Positions 24,901 to 44,320 of a DNA stretch of 64,000 nucleotides are shown in pieces. The position numbers and the translations under genes were made by a program. Origin of the DNA: the human T2T-CHM13v2.0 reference genome, Homo sapiens; NCBI RefSeq assembly GCF_009914755.1, contig NC_060937.1; one strand, given 5' to 3'. The notes beneath the pieces were generated by a model. That model searched no databases and was not told where the DNA came from. It was given only the letters and a program-made list of their open reading frames with translations. Within the stretch, counting starts at the first letter, position 1; each line of letters opens with the position of its first letter.

Positions 24901-25260
24901 GAACTAAATAATATAAAGCAATGGCAATGAACAGAGAACTCCTACATGCGACAGCATAGGTGAACTTATGTATATTAAACAAAATAACTCACCCCAAAAA
25001 TGACATAGCGCACAATCTCATTATTATAAATTTAAAAACAAGCACAATTAATGAATAGTTCCTTAAATTACATTAAGAGTTAACTTTAAGAAGTAAGAAG
25101 TAGAGTGACTGGGAGGAAATATAGAGGAATATTGAGTCCCAGGGATATCTTATTTATTTAAACTTGATGATGTTCCAACATATATTGAATTTGAAATAAA
25201 TTCATTGAGAATATATTTATAATTTTTCACTTTTTATTTGTAAGTTTTACTTAGCATAAA
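21950..25260 (+). mobile_element. Very old L1M (L1MD/ME-type) fragments
   Basis: A-rich sense L1 remnants (aaaatcacacctaggcat, cagcccgaaactggaagcaatccaaa, cataggtgaactta). Contains (TG)n at 24773-24800. Confidence 0.6.
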
Positions 25261-25939
25261 AACTTACTTTAAAAATACTTTTCTCTCTTTTGTTTCCTTT
25301 TATTATTGACATCAACATATACTTCCCTGCCTTCCTATTTCTCTTGCCTTCAATGAAAATAAGAATGACTTACTGCTATAGCAAACAAGTTTAAATGAGT
25401 ATTAATAGAATAAACCATCAAAATATTTTTCACTGAAAAGAAACAAAGCCTCTATAAAAATCCATATAGATTTGCCTCTGTTATTACATTCTTCTAAAGT
25501 GAGCATAACAATTGATGGATAAGTGGAAAAGAGAGGAAGAAGGAGAGAAATCAGAAAGGGAGAGATGAAGAAAGGAGGGAATGAAAAAGAGAGACTGATA
25601 TTTAAAAAGTGGAAAAATGAATGGAATTAAGAAAAAGCCAAAACTAAAAAATAGTAAGACAAAAAACTCCCCATTTCCTTTTTTCACTAATATAAATAAT
25701 ATTTAAAATTGTGATAGTCACATACATGGCTATAATATCTGTATCGATTCTTTTTCAATTTTACATGCTGCCATGTGACAATGGCTTTCTTTATCAAATA
25801 AATCTTTTTCCTATCTCATATTCCATTGATAGAAACTATACACATTTTTTATTTTCCAGGTAAATGTCTCAGCCCACATTTCAAATTAAAATTTTTTACT
25901 TCTGGTAGAGTTTATTGCTTACAAAGTTTTTTATTTTAG

Positions 25940-26281
25940 GGTTTTTTGTTTTTGTGTTTGTTTTTGTGTTTGTTTTTGTTTCTGTTTTTAGACACAGTTT
26001 GGCTCTTGTTCCCCAGGCTGGAGTGTAATGGGGCGATTTCGGCTCACTGCAACCTCCACCTCCCAGGTCAAGTGACTCTACTGCCTCAACGTCCAGAGTA
26101 GCTGGAACAACAGGCGCCTGCCACCACGCCTGGCTAATTTTTGTCTTTTTAGTAAAGACAAAATGTTTTTAGTAAAGACAAAATGTTGGTCAGGCTGGTC
26201 TCAAACTCCTGACCTCAGGAGATTCACCCGCCTTGAACTCCCAAAGTCCTGGGAATAGAGGCCTGAGCCACAGCATCAGGC
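25940..26281 (-). mobile_element. AluS (Sq/Sp-like)
   Basis: Antisense dimer. TSD tgcttacaaagtttt at 25916-25930 and 26282-26296. Confidence 0.92.
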
Positions 26282-28569
26282 TGCTTACAAAGTTTTAATG
26301 ACATTTTATTCAAAACTTCTTGTATCAACATGGGTAATATATAGGCATGTTTCCCCTTCCATTGTAAAGCTGCATATTTTTGAAATTTTTTAGCAGTGCA
26401 TTAATATCTTCAGCAATGAGTTGACTATTTCTATGAATAATTGATATTTACCTAAAAGATTTTCAAAATCCCTAATTTATCTGTTTTACTAATTAAATAT
26501 ATTCAAAAAGACATTTTTAGATTTTTTGAAATATTCATGAAATTTATTGGTATAGATTTGAAAGTATAAATGTTATATATTTACCACTAGTATATAATAC
26601 TTAGGAGTCATTATATTCCAATAATGATAATCACCATGATTTTAGTAGAAAAAAGTCAATTTAAAAATGGAAGTCATTATAACTACAATTTAGGACAAAA
26701 CCATTGCATAAAATGTGTTCAATCTTATACATTGTAAGTCATATTTTGTTCATGTTAAGAATCATATTTTGTACATTGTACTATTTTAAATAGTGGGATG
26801 CATCTGACAATTGTTGTTGTTTTACAATCACTGTAAGACTATTAACAGTTATAACAGAGCTGTCATTACCTGCCATGTATGACCTTGATCTTAGCTATTC
26901 ATATTGTAATTACTTCAATTGAATCTTGTACATTGTGGAAACTACACGTCAAGTTTGATAACATTTAAAATGAATTTTAAAATGTCCAACTCTGTTTTAG
27001 CATTGAAACACAAAATGTTATTGTGTATGCAGAGACAGAGAAGCAGAACCCCGGGGCATAAATGTGACATTAGTGAAGCAAATATTTACTGGTGAAGGAA
27101 TGGCCGCAATTTTAAATTTCCTTGAAAATAAAAAGCAATGCCTTTATGGGACATGAAAAAAGAAGACACTTCCAAGTAGAGAGGTTATCCTGTTTTATTA
27201 CCCTAAAACATGCAAAAGTATTTTCAATCACTGGCCATGGGAAAAAAAATGAGGCAGAGAAAATTGTCCCATTCCTAGTAATATTTGAACAAGACAAAAA
27301 AATAGAAACAGAGAGAGGCTATTGTAAACAATTTATATATTTAGGTTATCAGTTTGATATCTAGTATGTTATCTGATAACTTCCCAGAGACTGTACTGAA
27401 CCAGCTTAACTTTCAGAAACATGTAATTACCTTGAGGAAAATAAACATAGTCAAATAAAATATACTGTTGTAATACAAGCATTACAACTTGAAAAAAATG
27501 GGTTTCATTGACTGCAAGAAAACTTTGGACACAATAATTAAATACATATCTAAAAATGCTGGATAAACAATATTCTTGATCGTATACAATACCATATTGT
27601 GTAGAAACAAAAGATTGTTGATTATTATTGGAAAAATATAGAAGATTTAGACTATGAATAAGAGGGGAGGTTTAGATATTTCTTACTCAGTTTTTCATGT
27701 ATATTTATTCTGTTTTTATATGTGCCCCAAATTGATATTTTTTAAACTCTACGAAATTTAAAATAGTTCATTCAGTAAGTATAAAATCTCCATCCAAATG
27801 AGTAAGTGAAAACACATGTATACAAACACTGCTGGTGAAGCATTTATTTGTGAAATTTCACAGACATAGGAGCAGTAGCAGAAATGTAGGCTCTCCATGA
27901 CCTGTTGCATCTTGGAGGAGAACCTACTAATCTCACCAACCTAGATAGATATCGGAGAGCAGGAAAGAATCAGACATTACAGCTTTTCAGCTGCATGGCT
28001 AAGGAAGCATTACTCTCTCTCCCCCAAAATCAGCTCATGAAATTTAATAATATATGATGTGGCATAAACATGGCTCCAGTTTTACACAAAAATTCCGACA
28101 CTCTTTGTTGAAGAAATACCAGCTTCTCTCCTGCATGATCACAAGCCTGGCATCTATGTTTTTTGAATTACAGCAGGAAGACATGACAATCATATCATTA
28201 GCTTTCTTGAAAGAAAAGAAAACATTGGAATATAGCTTAATGTGGATTAATTATTCTTTTCTTAAATTCTAATAAATTTATAAAAGAATGCATTTTATTA
28301 TTAAATGTATGTTAGATTTGATAAATGTGGTAATTGAAGCAGTGGTCTGTATTGTTTCTCCTGAAGAAACTTGATAGTCACATGATTTCTTTTTTCAATA
28401 TTGATTTATGTTAGTAATAAAAACATTCTAAACTTGCTCTAAAAATAGTATTTAAAGAGGAATATATAGCATCCTTTTTCATTTCTTATATCACTGCTTG
28501 TATAAACAAACTGGTACAGGTTGAGCAGTCCTTAGGCATCTTTAGTTTATCTTTGCTTATGATGTTTTG

Positions 28570-29815
28570 CATAAAGTGGGGAAAGGGTGCCCTATTCAAT
28601 AAATGGTGCTGGGATAATTGGCAAGCCACATATAGAAGAATGAAACTGGATCCTCATCTCTCACCTTATATAAAAATCAACTCAAGATGGATCAGATATT
28701 TAAATCTAAGACCTGAAACTGTAAAAATTCTAGAAGATAGCATTGGAAAATCTCTTCTAGACATTGGCTTAGGCAAAGATTTCGTGACCAAGAAGTCAAA
28801 AGCAAATTATACAGAAACAAAAATAAATAAATGAGACCTAATGAAACTAAAAAGCTTTTGCACAGCAAATGAAATAATCAGCAGAGTAAACAGACAACCC
28901 ACAGAGCAGGAGAAAATCTTCACAAACTATGCATCTAGCAAATGACTAATATCCAGAATCTACAAGGAACTCAACTCAGCAAGAAAAAAAGCCAAAAAAA
29001 AAAATCCCATCAAAAAGTGGGCAAAGGACATGAATTGTCAAAAGAAGATATACAAACAGCCAACAAACAAACATAAGAAAAAATGCTCAACCTCACTATC
29101 AGAGAAATGTAAATTAAGACCACAATGAAATACTACCTTACTCCTGCAAGAATAGCCATAATTTAAAAATATAAAACAATAAATGTTGGCATAGATGTGG
29201 TGAAATGGGAACACTTTTAAACTTTTACACTGCTGGTGAGAATGTAAACTGGTACAACCACTACGGAAAACACTATGGAGATTCCTTAAAGAACTAAAAC
29301 TAGAACTACTATTTGGTCCAGCAATCCTACTGCTGGGTATTTACCCAAAGTGAAAGAAGTCATTATACGAAAAAGACACTTGCACGCACATGTTTATAGC
29401 AGCATAATTCACAATTGCAAAAACATAGAACCAGTCTAGGCACCCATCAATTAATGAGTGGATAAAGAAAATGTGGTATATATTCACCATGGAATACTAC
29501 TCAGCCATAAAATAGAATGAAATAATGGCCTTTGCAGCAACTTGGGTGGAGTTGGAGGCCATTATTCTAAGTTCTCACTTATAAGTGGGAGATAAGCCAT
29601 GCGGACCAAAAATGCACAAAAATGATATAATGGACTTTGGGGATTCAGAAGGAAGGGTTCGGGGTATAAGGGACAGAAGACTACATATTGGGTAATGTAC
29701 ACTGCTCGGGTGATGGGTGCACCAACATCTCAGAAATCACTAAAGAACTTATCCATGTAACCAAAAACCACCTGATCTCCAAAAACTACCAAAATTTAAA
29801 TAAAAAATACAAAGA
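28570..29815 (+). mobile_element. 5'-truncated L1PB
   Basis: ORF 28553 KGALFNKWCWDNWQATYRRMKLDPHLSPY. L1PB-type 3' UTR (gggtgatgggtgcacc...catgtaaccaaaaaccacctg) with aataaa and an A-rich end. Confidence 0.9.
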
Positions 29816-29984
29816 TTATCTAAATTACTAATAAAATTAGACTTAATACAAAAAAAAGGAATGACTGGAACCTACTATGTAATAACATTAAGTGTAACAT
29901 TTGTTAAATATTTTTTCAGTGCTTCCCTGCTATGTTGTTTATGAGCTTTCTGTTAAAATGTTTCATTCATTTTACCATTTTAAA

Positions 29985-30210
29985 GTTAATTTTTAATTGA
30001 CAATTTAAAAATGTATATATTCATGGTGTACAGCATTTTGTTTTCATATATGTATACGTTGTGAAATGATTAAATCAAGCTATTTAATATATGCATTATT
30101 TCACATACTTTTTGTGTGGTAAGAACACAAAATATATTCTCAGAAATTTTAAAGTATACAATATACTGTTATTAACTCTAGTCACTATTATGTATAATAG
30201 ATGTCTTATA
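29985..30210 (-). mobile_element. L1MA 3'-end fragment
   Basis: ttttaattgaca...gaaatgattaaatcaagcta...agtatacaatatactgttattaact. Confidence 0.75.
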
Positions 30211-31326
30211 ACTCTCCTAAAGATAATTTTAGTATGTTGTATTAGTACTCCTAAACCTGGTGATAAAGTCTTTAAAGTATTGCCATGTGATTATTTAAGG
30301 TTTTCATTTTAAAAATAAATAAAGATCTTGATATGTGTAATTAAGCTTTGCCTAAGTAAATTTATTCATATTACATCTCATTTTTATCAATGGAGCAGTA
30401 TTATCTCAGCATCCAGGATTAAAGATCTTCCAGAAAATTTAGTGATATAATTTCTACATTTGCATCTAAACTGAAATACTTTATAAAAGACTATTCTCTT
30501 TGAAATTCCTGTTATTGCTTCAAATAAATGGTGACTGAGAATGTCTAAATACTTTTCTCAAATTATCTGTTTATCTCTGATACGATGCACTGTTGGTCAG
30601 ATGAGAGGGCTATAAAACTTTAAAAATACTCAGGCAGCCTGTTCAATTTAATGCGATGTTATTCTTTTAAAATTTAGCACAATCTTTTAAATGTGAGCAG
30701 TTGAAACCTTCCAGTAGTATTATTCAACCTTATCTCTGCATTACTAATGTTAATATTTTGGCATTCTCTGTTACTAACAAAACTAATCTAATTTGGTCAT
30801 TCACTATTGTTGGATTCTTTTGGCAGATATCAATAGTTTTGAAGAGTAAAAGGTAGGTGAGGGCATGGCTCCCTTTCCTCACAACTGAGATGGTGAATTA
30901 GCAAACCTACTATTAAACTTTGTCACAAATAAAAGCAGGTATTGACAATTTTACACAGGAAATAATTATGTCACTTTTTCCTATAGCCTTGATAAAACTA
31001 CAGATTTCTAAGAAATAATTTTCAGGGTCTACATTATTTGTAACAATATTATAGGTAGGTGTCAATACTATATTTTAGGACTCAGATAATCTTCTATTTG
31101 GGTGATGAAATAGAAATTCTTGTTCACAGGAAAATATGGACTTGATCAGAGTTCTAGTCTTATGGCACAACTAAAAAGGATAAAAATAGTTCAGTGTTTA
31201 TATTCTGACATTATCAATTTTTCAAATTTTACAGTTGTAGTTACATTTATCTGTCTCAGAGAGTAGAGAGGTCAATTAATGGCAACTGCTTTGTTAAGGG
31301 ACTTCACATGGACATCAATAGTCGGT

Positions 31327-31647
31327 TTTTCTTTCTTTCTTTCTTTCTTTTTAATTTGGACAATGTCTCACACTGACTGTTAGCCAGGCTGGAGTGCAGT
31401 GGTGTAAACATGGCTCACTGCAGTCTCTACCTCCTGGACTTAAGGTATCCCTGCACTTCAGCCTCTCATGTAGCTGGGACCACAAGTATGTGTCACTGTG
31501 CCTCGCCAATTTTTTTTTTTTTTTTTTTTTAGAAACAGGGTCTCACTTTGTTTCCCAGGCTTGTCTGGAACTCGTGGGCTCAGGCGATCTTCCTACCTGA
31601 GCCTCCCAAAGTGATGGAATTACAGGCATGAGCCACCATGCCCAGCT
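31327..31647 (-). mobile_element. AluJ
   Basis: Antisense dimer (catggctcactgcagtc, gggctcaggcgatcttcc). Flanks tagtc(g/a)gttt. Confidence 0.9.
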
Positions 31648-32416
31648 CACTAGTCAGTTTCATAAACTTGCAGAGAAATGAATTTTGTCAAATAATTTTG
31701 ACATTATTTTACAAAAATAATGAAAACAACATGTTGGAGAAATTTGGGGCATTATGAAAATATTGTTATATGATGCTTTCCTGCTCCTTAAATATAACCT
31801 TTAGGAAAAAGCAGCATTAATTCATATGTACTTAGTAGTTGAACTAATAAGCAATGGGAGATGCATCTAGAAACCTTTTAGAAATTTTATAGGAAGATCT
31901 TACCTAATAAACAAATGAGTTACACAATTCAGCAAGTGACACACAAACTCACCATTGACTAGAAAATATTCTGAGCATTTTAGGCTAGTATTTACTTTGT
32001 TGAGTATTGAGTTCATAAATGATTTTAATAGTGTTTCCTGCATTTAAATATAAGCGGATTGAAGAAGTCTTGGAAATGGTAGTAGTAGCATGATTTGTGA
32101 ATCTCCTTTCCTACCCGCTAAAGAGAGAGAGAGAGAGAGAATGTAGAGCAATTAGCCTATTAGACTCATTAACAAAGAAATGCATAATTTACACCACTTG
32201 TCAAATATGAGTAGATGAGATATGATAGCTACACCATTGATAACCATAAGAAGGGAAACCAAAAAGAAATATACTAGCTTCTTTCTGGTTTATCCTTTTA
32301 TAGTTATCAATGGATCTGGGTTATAGTTAATGAAGTAGGGTTTCTCCTACTCAAGAACCATCAGAAGCCATATGGTTTCATACTAACTAGAAATCATGCA
32401 AGTGAAGGTGAGAACA

Positions 32417-32556
32417 GCAAATGAAAGTGGAATGTGGTTGTGCATGGACATAAGTGATTTCAAGAAAGATTGTGACACAAGGATGTGCAAATGAAAGTGG
32501 AATGTGGTTGTGCATGTACATAAGTGATTTCAAGAAAGATTGTGACACAAGGATGT
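32417..32556. repeat. 70-bp tandem duplication, 2 copies
   Basis: 32417-32486 vs 32487-32556, with one mismatch (g32447/t32517). Confidence 0.97.
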
Positions 32557-32797
32557 GTTTTATAACTACAGAATTCTAAGCCATACAATCTTTCTCTTTT
32601 AATACAAAACCTAGAAGTAAAGAGAAACTGCTAATAGTAAATTCAAATTGATCAGAGCAAGGACATGAGAGAAAAATAACTAAGAGCTAAAAAAGAATTC
32701 TAGAAGGTTGGGCAAGATAATGGCTTAGAAAATAGGAGGTCATTTATTTTATTACTCTTCAAAAACAACAAGAGATGACATTTGAAAACCATGAAGC

Positions 32798-34222
32798 TCT
32801 TTCCTTGACAATTCTGGATATTAGACCTTTGTCAGATGTATAAATTGCAAAAACGTTCTCCCAATTTATAGGTTGCCTGTTCACTCTGATGATAGTTTCT
32901 TTTGCTGTTCAGAAGCTCTTTAGTTTAATTAGATCCTATTTGTCCATTTTTGCTTTTGCTGCAATTGCTTTTGGCAATTTCATCATGAAATCTTTGCCCG
33001 TACCTATGTCCTGGATAGTATTGCCTAGATTTTCTTCTACAGTTTTTATAGTTTTGGATTTTACATTTAAGTCTTTAATCCACCTTGAGTTAATTTTTGT
33101 ATAAGGTATGAGGAAGGGGTCCAGTTGCAATTTTCTGCATATGGCTAGCCAGTTCTCTCAGCCAGCACCATTTGTTAAATAGGGAATCACTTTCCCATTG
33201 CTTGCTTTTGTTGGGTTTGTTGAAGACTAGATGGTTGTAGTTGTGTGGTCTTATTTCTGAGTTCTCTATTCTGTTCTATTGGTCTATATGTCTGTTTTTG
33301 TACCAGTACCATGCTGTTTTGGTTATTGTAGCCTTGTAGTGTAGTTCGAAGTCTGGTAGCGTGATACCTCCAGCTTTGTTCTTTAGGAAGTCATTTACAA
33401 GGAACAAATTTACAAGAAAAAAAATACTTCTCAGAAGAAGGCATTTATGTGGTCAACAAACATATAAAAAAAAGCTCAACATCACTGAACATTAAAGAAA
33501 TGCAAATCAAAACCGCAATGAGATATGATCTCATGCTGGTCAGAATGGTGATTATTAAAAAAGTTAAGAAATAACAGATACTGGTGAGGCTATGGAGAAA
33601 TAGTAACACTTTTACACTGTTAGTGGGAATGTAAATTCGTTCAATCATTGTGGAAGACAGTGTGGTGATTCCTCGAGATCTAGAACCAGAAACACCATTT
33701 GATCCAGGAATTTCATTACTGGGTAGATATCCAAAGAAATATAAATCATTATGTTACAAAGATACATGCACACATATGTTCACTGCAGCACTATTCACAC
33801 TAGCAAAGACATGGAATCAATCCAAATGCCCATCAATGATAGACTGGATAAAGAAAATGTGGTACATATACATCATGGAATACTATGGAGCCATTAAAAG
33901 GAACAAGATCATGTCTTTTGCAGGTACATGGATGGAGCTGGAAGCCATTATCCTCGGCAAACTAACGCAGGAACAGAAAACCAAACATCACATGTTCTCA
34001 CTTAGAAGTGGGAACTGAACAATGAGAACATGTGGACACAGGGAGGGGAACAACATACCCTGGAGCCTGTTGAGCATTAGGAAAAATAGCTAATGCATGC
34101 TGGGCTTAAAATGTTGGTTGATAAGTGCAGCAAACCACCATGGCACATGTTTACCTATGTAACATACCTGCACATCCTGCACATGTACTCCAGAACTTAA
34201 AAGAAAAAGAAAAAGAAAAAAA
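32798..34222 (+). mobile_element. L1PA (about PA8-PA13) with 5' inversion
   Basis: Antisense ORF2 at ~32800-33384, then sense ORF2 end, 3' UTR and A tail at ~33392-34222. Flanks aaaac(c)catgaa. Confidence 0.92.
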
Positions 34223-34379
34223 AACCCATGAAACTAGAAAAGTAATATTGACTCACTTCTTTCTTTAAAATAACAAGAAAACTGTTTTCACACTAAAAGT
34301 AAGCGAAAGTATTTTGATATATTTGATATTCTGATGTAAAGTTACCAAAGGAAAAATGAAATTAAGAAAAAATAATGCC

Positions 34380-35270
34380 CCTACAGTTCATGAAAGAATG
34401 CCAGAAAGACATTGATATACAACAGATTTAAAATAATTTAATATTTTTAATACAATAAAATAAAATTTAAAAATATAAAACCAGTAAAAAACAAAAATAA
34501 ATATCAGAAAAACTTATAAATCAATTGAAAAGATTACAAAATTTTAAGATAGAAGTGTTAAAACTCAATAAAATAAAATAATGTGTAAAAAATTATAATA
34601 AATATAAAGACAACTCCAGAACAACCTAGGAGTAAATAAATTCAATACATGACTCAAGAGAAACAAAACTGAAAAGTAGTACAATGTTAAACATTAAAAG
34701 GAGTGAAAAAAGAAATAAAAATATTAAAAAGAAGTGAGAGTTTTGGTAGATAGGAAAAATGATAAAACATACAAAAACATTTGAGAAAAAAACAGAAATG
34801 AATGAAATATAACAAATACGAATAACAACATTACAAGAAAAGTTTACTAACAAAATAAAAATGAACTGTAAACTATACAAGGTCATGTCACTATATCCCT
34901 GGGAAAAAAGTCAACTGAGAATGGAAAACCCTGGGACAATTTACAGTAGAAAACTTACGTTTTGAAAAACTCTCTAAAGTATCCAGGTGAAAAAAAAAAT
35001 CAAGTCACTTTTCACTGACAGTAAATTAAATCATCATCAGAGGTTTTGCCAGGAATTATTCATGCTTGAAGAAAGTGGAATATGCATAGTAGATACTCAG
35101 GAAAGGAAAATATTTGTCAGATTTTTTATAAGGATGAAATTATCTTAAAACATAACAAATGTACTTAAATATGAACACTGTCTCAGGATAGTGTTCTTAT
35201 GGGTCCTTTCTGAGTAATTTGCTAAAGAAATTCAGGCAAGAAAAACACTGGTAAGAATTCAACATAAGAA
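34380..35270 (+). mobile_element. Old L1M ORF1-region remnant
   Basis: A-rich sense strand with degenerate L1 ORF1-like phrases. Confidence 0.45.
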
Positions 35271-35276
35271 ATAATG

Positions 35277-40973
<5,697 letters not shown>

Positions 40974-43884
40974 TAAATTAGTTTTAGTATACAACCTTGA
41001 GTTGAGTCGTTTATATTTGAAGAAGTCTAAAATACACATACACCCACACTTGCACACACACATGCATATATATACACCCACATTATTGTTATGTTTAGTT
41101 AAGATTAAAAGGCTTGAGTCAGAGATATTTCAGCTATTATTATTTCTGACCATCAGTATAAGAGTTTCTTAATTTGCATAATATATAATATATATTATAC
41201 ATTTTTACTCCACTGAAATGGTATTCAAGATGTGGTTTGGAGGGAAATATTGTTCAAGCACCCTCACTTTCCATCACTAAAGTTTAAGATCCTGTACAAA
41301 TCAGAAGGTGACCCTTCAGAATGATGCCCTGGACCTGTATGTACCCCCATCCTGTCCTGTGTTTTGCCAATAAGAATAGTCTCACATAGTCAAGTTAAAA
41401 TATAAATGAAAATCGGCCTCTAGGATATTTTTACAATAATCTGAACTAAACCTTTCATTCAAGGTGATTTTCAGAATGGTAAAATGACACAGCTGAGGCT
41501 TTTTCAAAATTATAGGCCATTTGAGTTACACACTTACTTGCTAATGTGTTTGTGTGTGTCAAATATCATTTTAGACTTGCTTCCGGTTAGTAGCAGGTTC
41601 GAGTAGAGGGGGAAATAGAAGACCTTTATCCTCACTTGACTATAATTATTCAATTTTATTTATATATGACAAAAGAAAGTAATAATAGATATTATTACAA
41701 AAATTGTTTTAGCTCAGTTTACAATATTCTTAAACTACAAATGTCATTTATTTCCTTTGTTATGTCTCCCTTCATCTTTAAATATCCTGCATTTGAAACA
41801 CTTTGTTCCAAGTAAACATCCTGCAGCATTACCTTAGTATTATAGCAACAGATTTTATTTTTACTTAGAAAAAAATGTATTTAAATGATCCAGTGATGGC
41901 TTATGTTATTTGTCAAAACAAAGATTTACTTCCTTAATTGTTTCAGATATATATACCTGATATAAAATCTAGAAATAAATAGGCTAGTGAAAATGCTAAT
42001 TCTATGAAATTAGAATCCATGAAATTTATTTCAATTTCTTATTTGAAAACCATCAGCACCTGAGAAAACCATGCAGCACAAAGTAGGACTATATTATATA
42101 TTGTTAAATGTAATTAAAATATGTAAGTTAGACTTCTTCATTACCTGTGGCTATTGTAGTGAGTAAAGTATATTAAATGGAAATTGAATCTATAGATGAA
42201 AAAAAACCACAGATACCTATGGGATATATATATCTAAGATATAGCCTATTAAGCTTTATGGTAGAAAAAAAATACTAAACCTTAAGCAAGATCCAATTAT
42301 ATATCACTATTCTGTTTTAGAATATGTTTATTCCATCTTTTAACTTAAATATGAAGGATGTGACTAAATCCGTTCCACAGTTCAAATTTTGTGCTTTAAA
42401 TAAGCAAAGTACTTGTAAGTCAATGTCATGAGCACATTTGGAATGTCTTGCCAGTGTGGTGAAGTCAACTCAGTTTGTAGAAGTCTAATCCTGATAGTAA
42501 TTTCATTATCCCCTGGAAAACGAATCATACTTCTGGGAATCACATATCATTCTCAGCCAAAGTTGAGTGGCTAATAGGGTTGTGTATCATTTTTTCAGAC
42601 TGAATAAATTTTTTCTTCCTAATTAATCATCTTAATGAATGCCCAGGTCTCTTCACCTTCAGTTCTGAATATGAATCAATTTCAAACACAAGCTTAATGA
42701 GAAAAAGACCAAGTAAAATTTTGCCTTGGAAAAAAGTCATGTGCAAAGGGTCAAAATACTCAATCAGCACTGTCCTCATTAGAATCATTTGAAAAAATGA
42801 AGACTAAATACTTTCTAGAGTAAAAGAAGTATATTATTTCATCCATATAGTCTGTTGTACTTTGTGAATTCTAATTATTAACATTATTAATAGTTTGTTT
42901 ATTCATATACAGAGAAAACTATTACTATTTCTCTTAGATTGCTTTCTGATGTGTGACAAAAGAACACTGATATTTGTGGTAAAATTTATGGCCATATTTC
43001 TATTTGTATTTCTTTGAAAATCCAAAAAATTAATTACTTTTGTGCCCAAATTAATCAAATTCATCAATCACATGATTTGATCAAGAGATATGCCTAGTCA
43101 TCTTTCTTACTCCAATCCAAAAAGTTAGTTAGGACAATAGCTATTGGAAATGATTAACAATTTAAATAATATTACCTAAATATTGGATTTTAATTCACAT
43201 TATTGATGATGTAATGTAACAATTTTCACTCTTCTTGAAGGTAAGTATGTAAGATTCCATTTGTCACTCTGAAAGATTTTGGTGATGAAGATAAGGCCTC
43301 AATTGATTACAGCTTTTACAAATGATCGTGTGATTCATTAATGACAATCTTAAGACATAACTCACAATTGTTTGACTTTTCATAGATTTCATTATAAATC
43401 ACAAATACTAGCTTAAACTTGATGTGTTTTTAGTTTGGCAATAAACTTAAAATGAGTATAAATGAACCTACTAAACACTGTCACTATTGGGCACCTGCTG
43501 AGGCCAAACACTCTTCAAGGGTCATACTTCATCTAAACAAAAACAACAATTATTCAAATTGTTTTTATAATCACGTTTTACAATCACTGTATCTACTCAT
43601 TGTTCTAAATATTTGACTCAAAAATTTTCACTTAAAGTTTACAGTGATATTATAATGAAAGTAAAAATATAGCCCCCAATTTGGAAATGAGAACACCAAA
43701 ATCTAGAAAACTTATGATTTGTCCACATTTATATGACTAAGAAATTGTCAAGCTGCAACATTAACTGGGCTTTAAGTTCTATAACTTGCATTTATAATGC
43801 TGCTGCTACTGATTGTGGTGTAATAATCAATTGGAAGAATGTAATAACCATGAGAAAATGATGTCAATGACATTAAAAATAATA

Positions 43885-44110
43885 ACACAAGAAAAGAAAA
43901 ACCAAACACTGCATGTTCTCACTCCTAAGTGGGAGTTGAACAATGAGAACACATGGACACAGGGAGGGGAACATCACACACTGGGGCCTGTTGGGGTTGG
44001 GGCCTGGGGAAGGGATAGCATTACGGAGAAATACCTAAGGTAAATGATGAGTTGATGGGTGCAGCACACCAACATGGCACATGTATACATATGTAACAAA
44101 CCTGCACATT
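43885..44110 (+). mobile_element. L1PA 3' UTR fragment without a tail
   Basis: aaaccaaacactgcatgttctcactc...ggcacatgtatacatatgtaacaaacctgcacatt. Confidence 0.92.
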
Positions 44111-44124
44111 AGGGAGGTTGTTAA

Positions 44125-44320
44125 CAGGGTTTGCATACGTTAATTCATGTAATCCTTACCACCTCCCATTGAGGCAATTTTTCAGATAAGTGGAAAACTA
44201 AATCTTGGGAAATTTAGTTAATAAATTTGCCCATGCTTTCATAGCAAGTGAATAAATTTGAATTCCTATCCAGGTTTCTTTGATACAAAGTTCATGATCT
44301 TTCCACTATGCGATATAGTT
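44125..44320 (-). mobile_element. MIR
   Basis: MIR core-like ttttcagataagtggaaaactaa...ttgcccatgctttcatagcaagt...ttgaattc. Confidence 0.6.
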
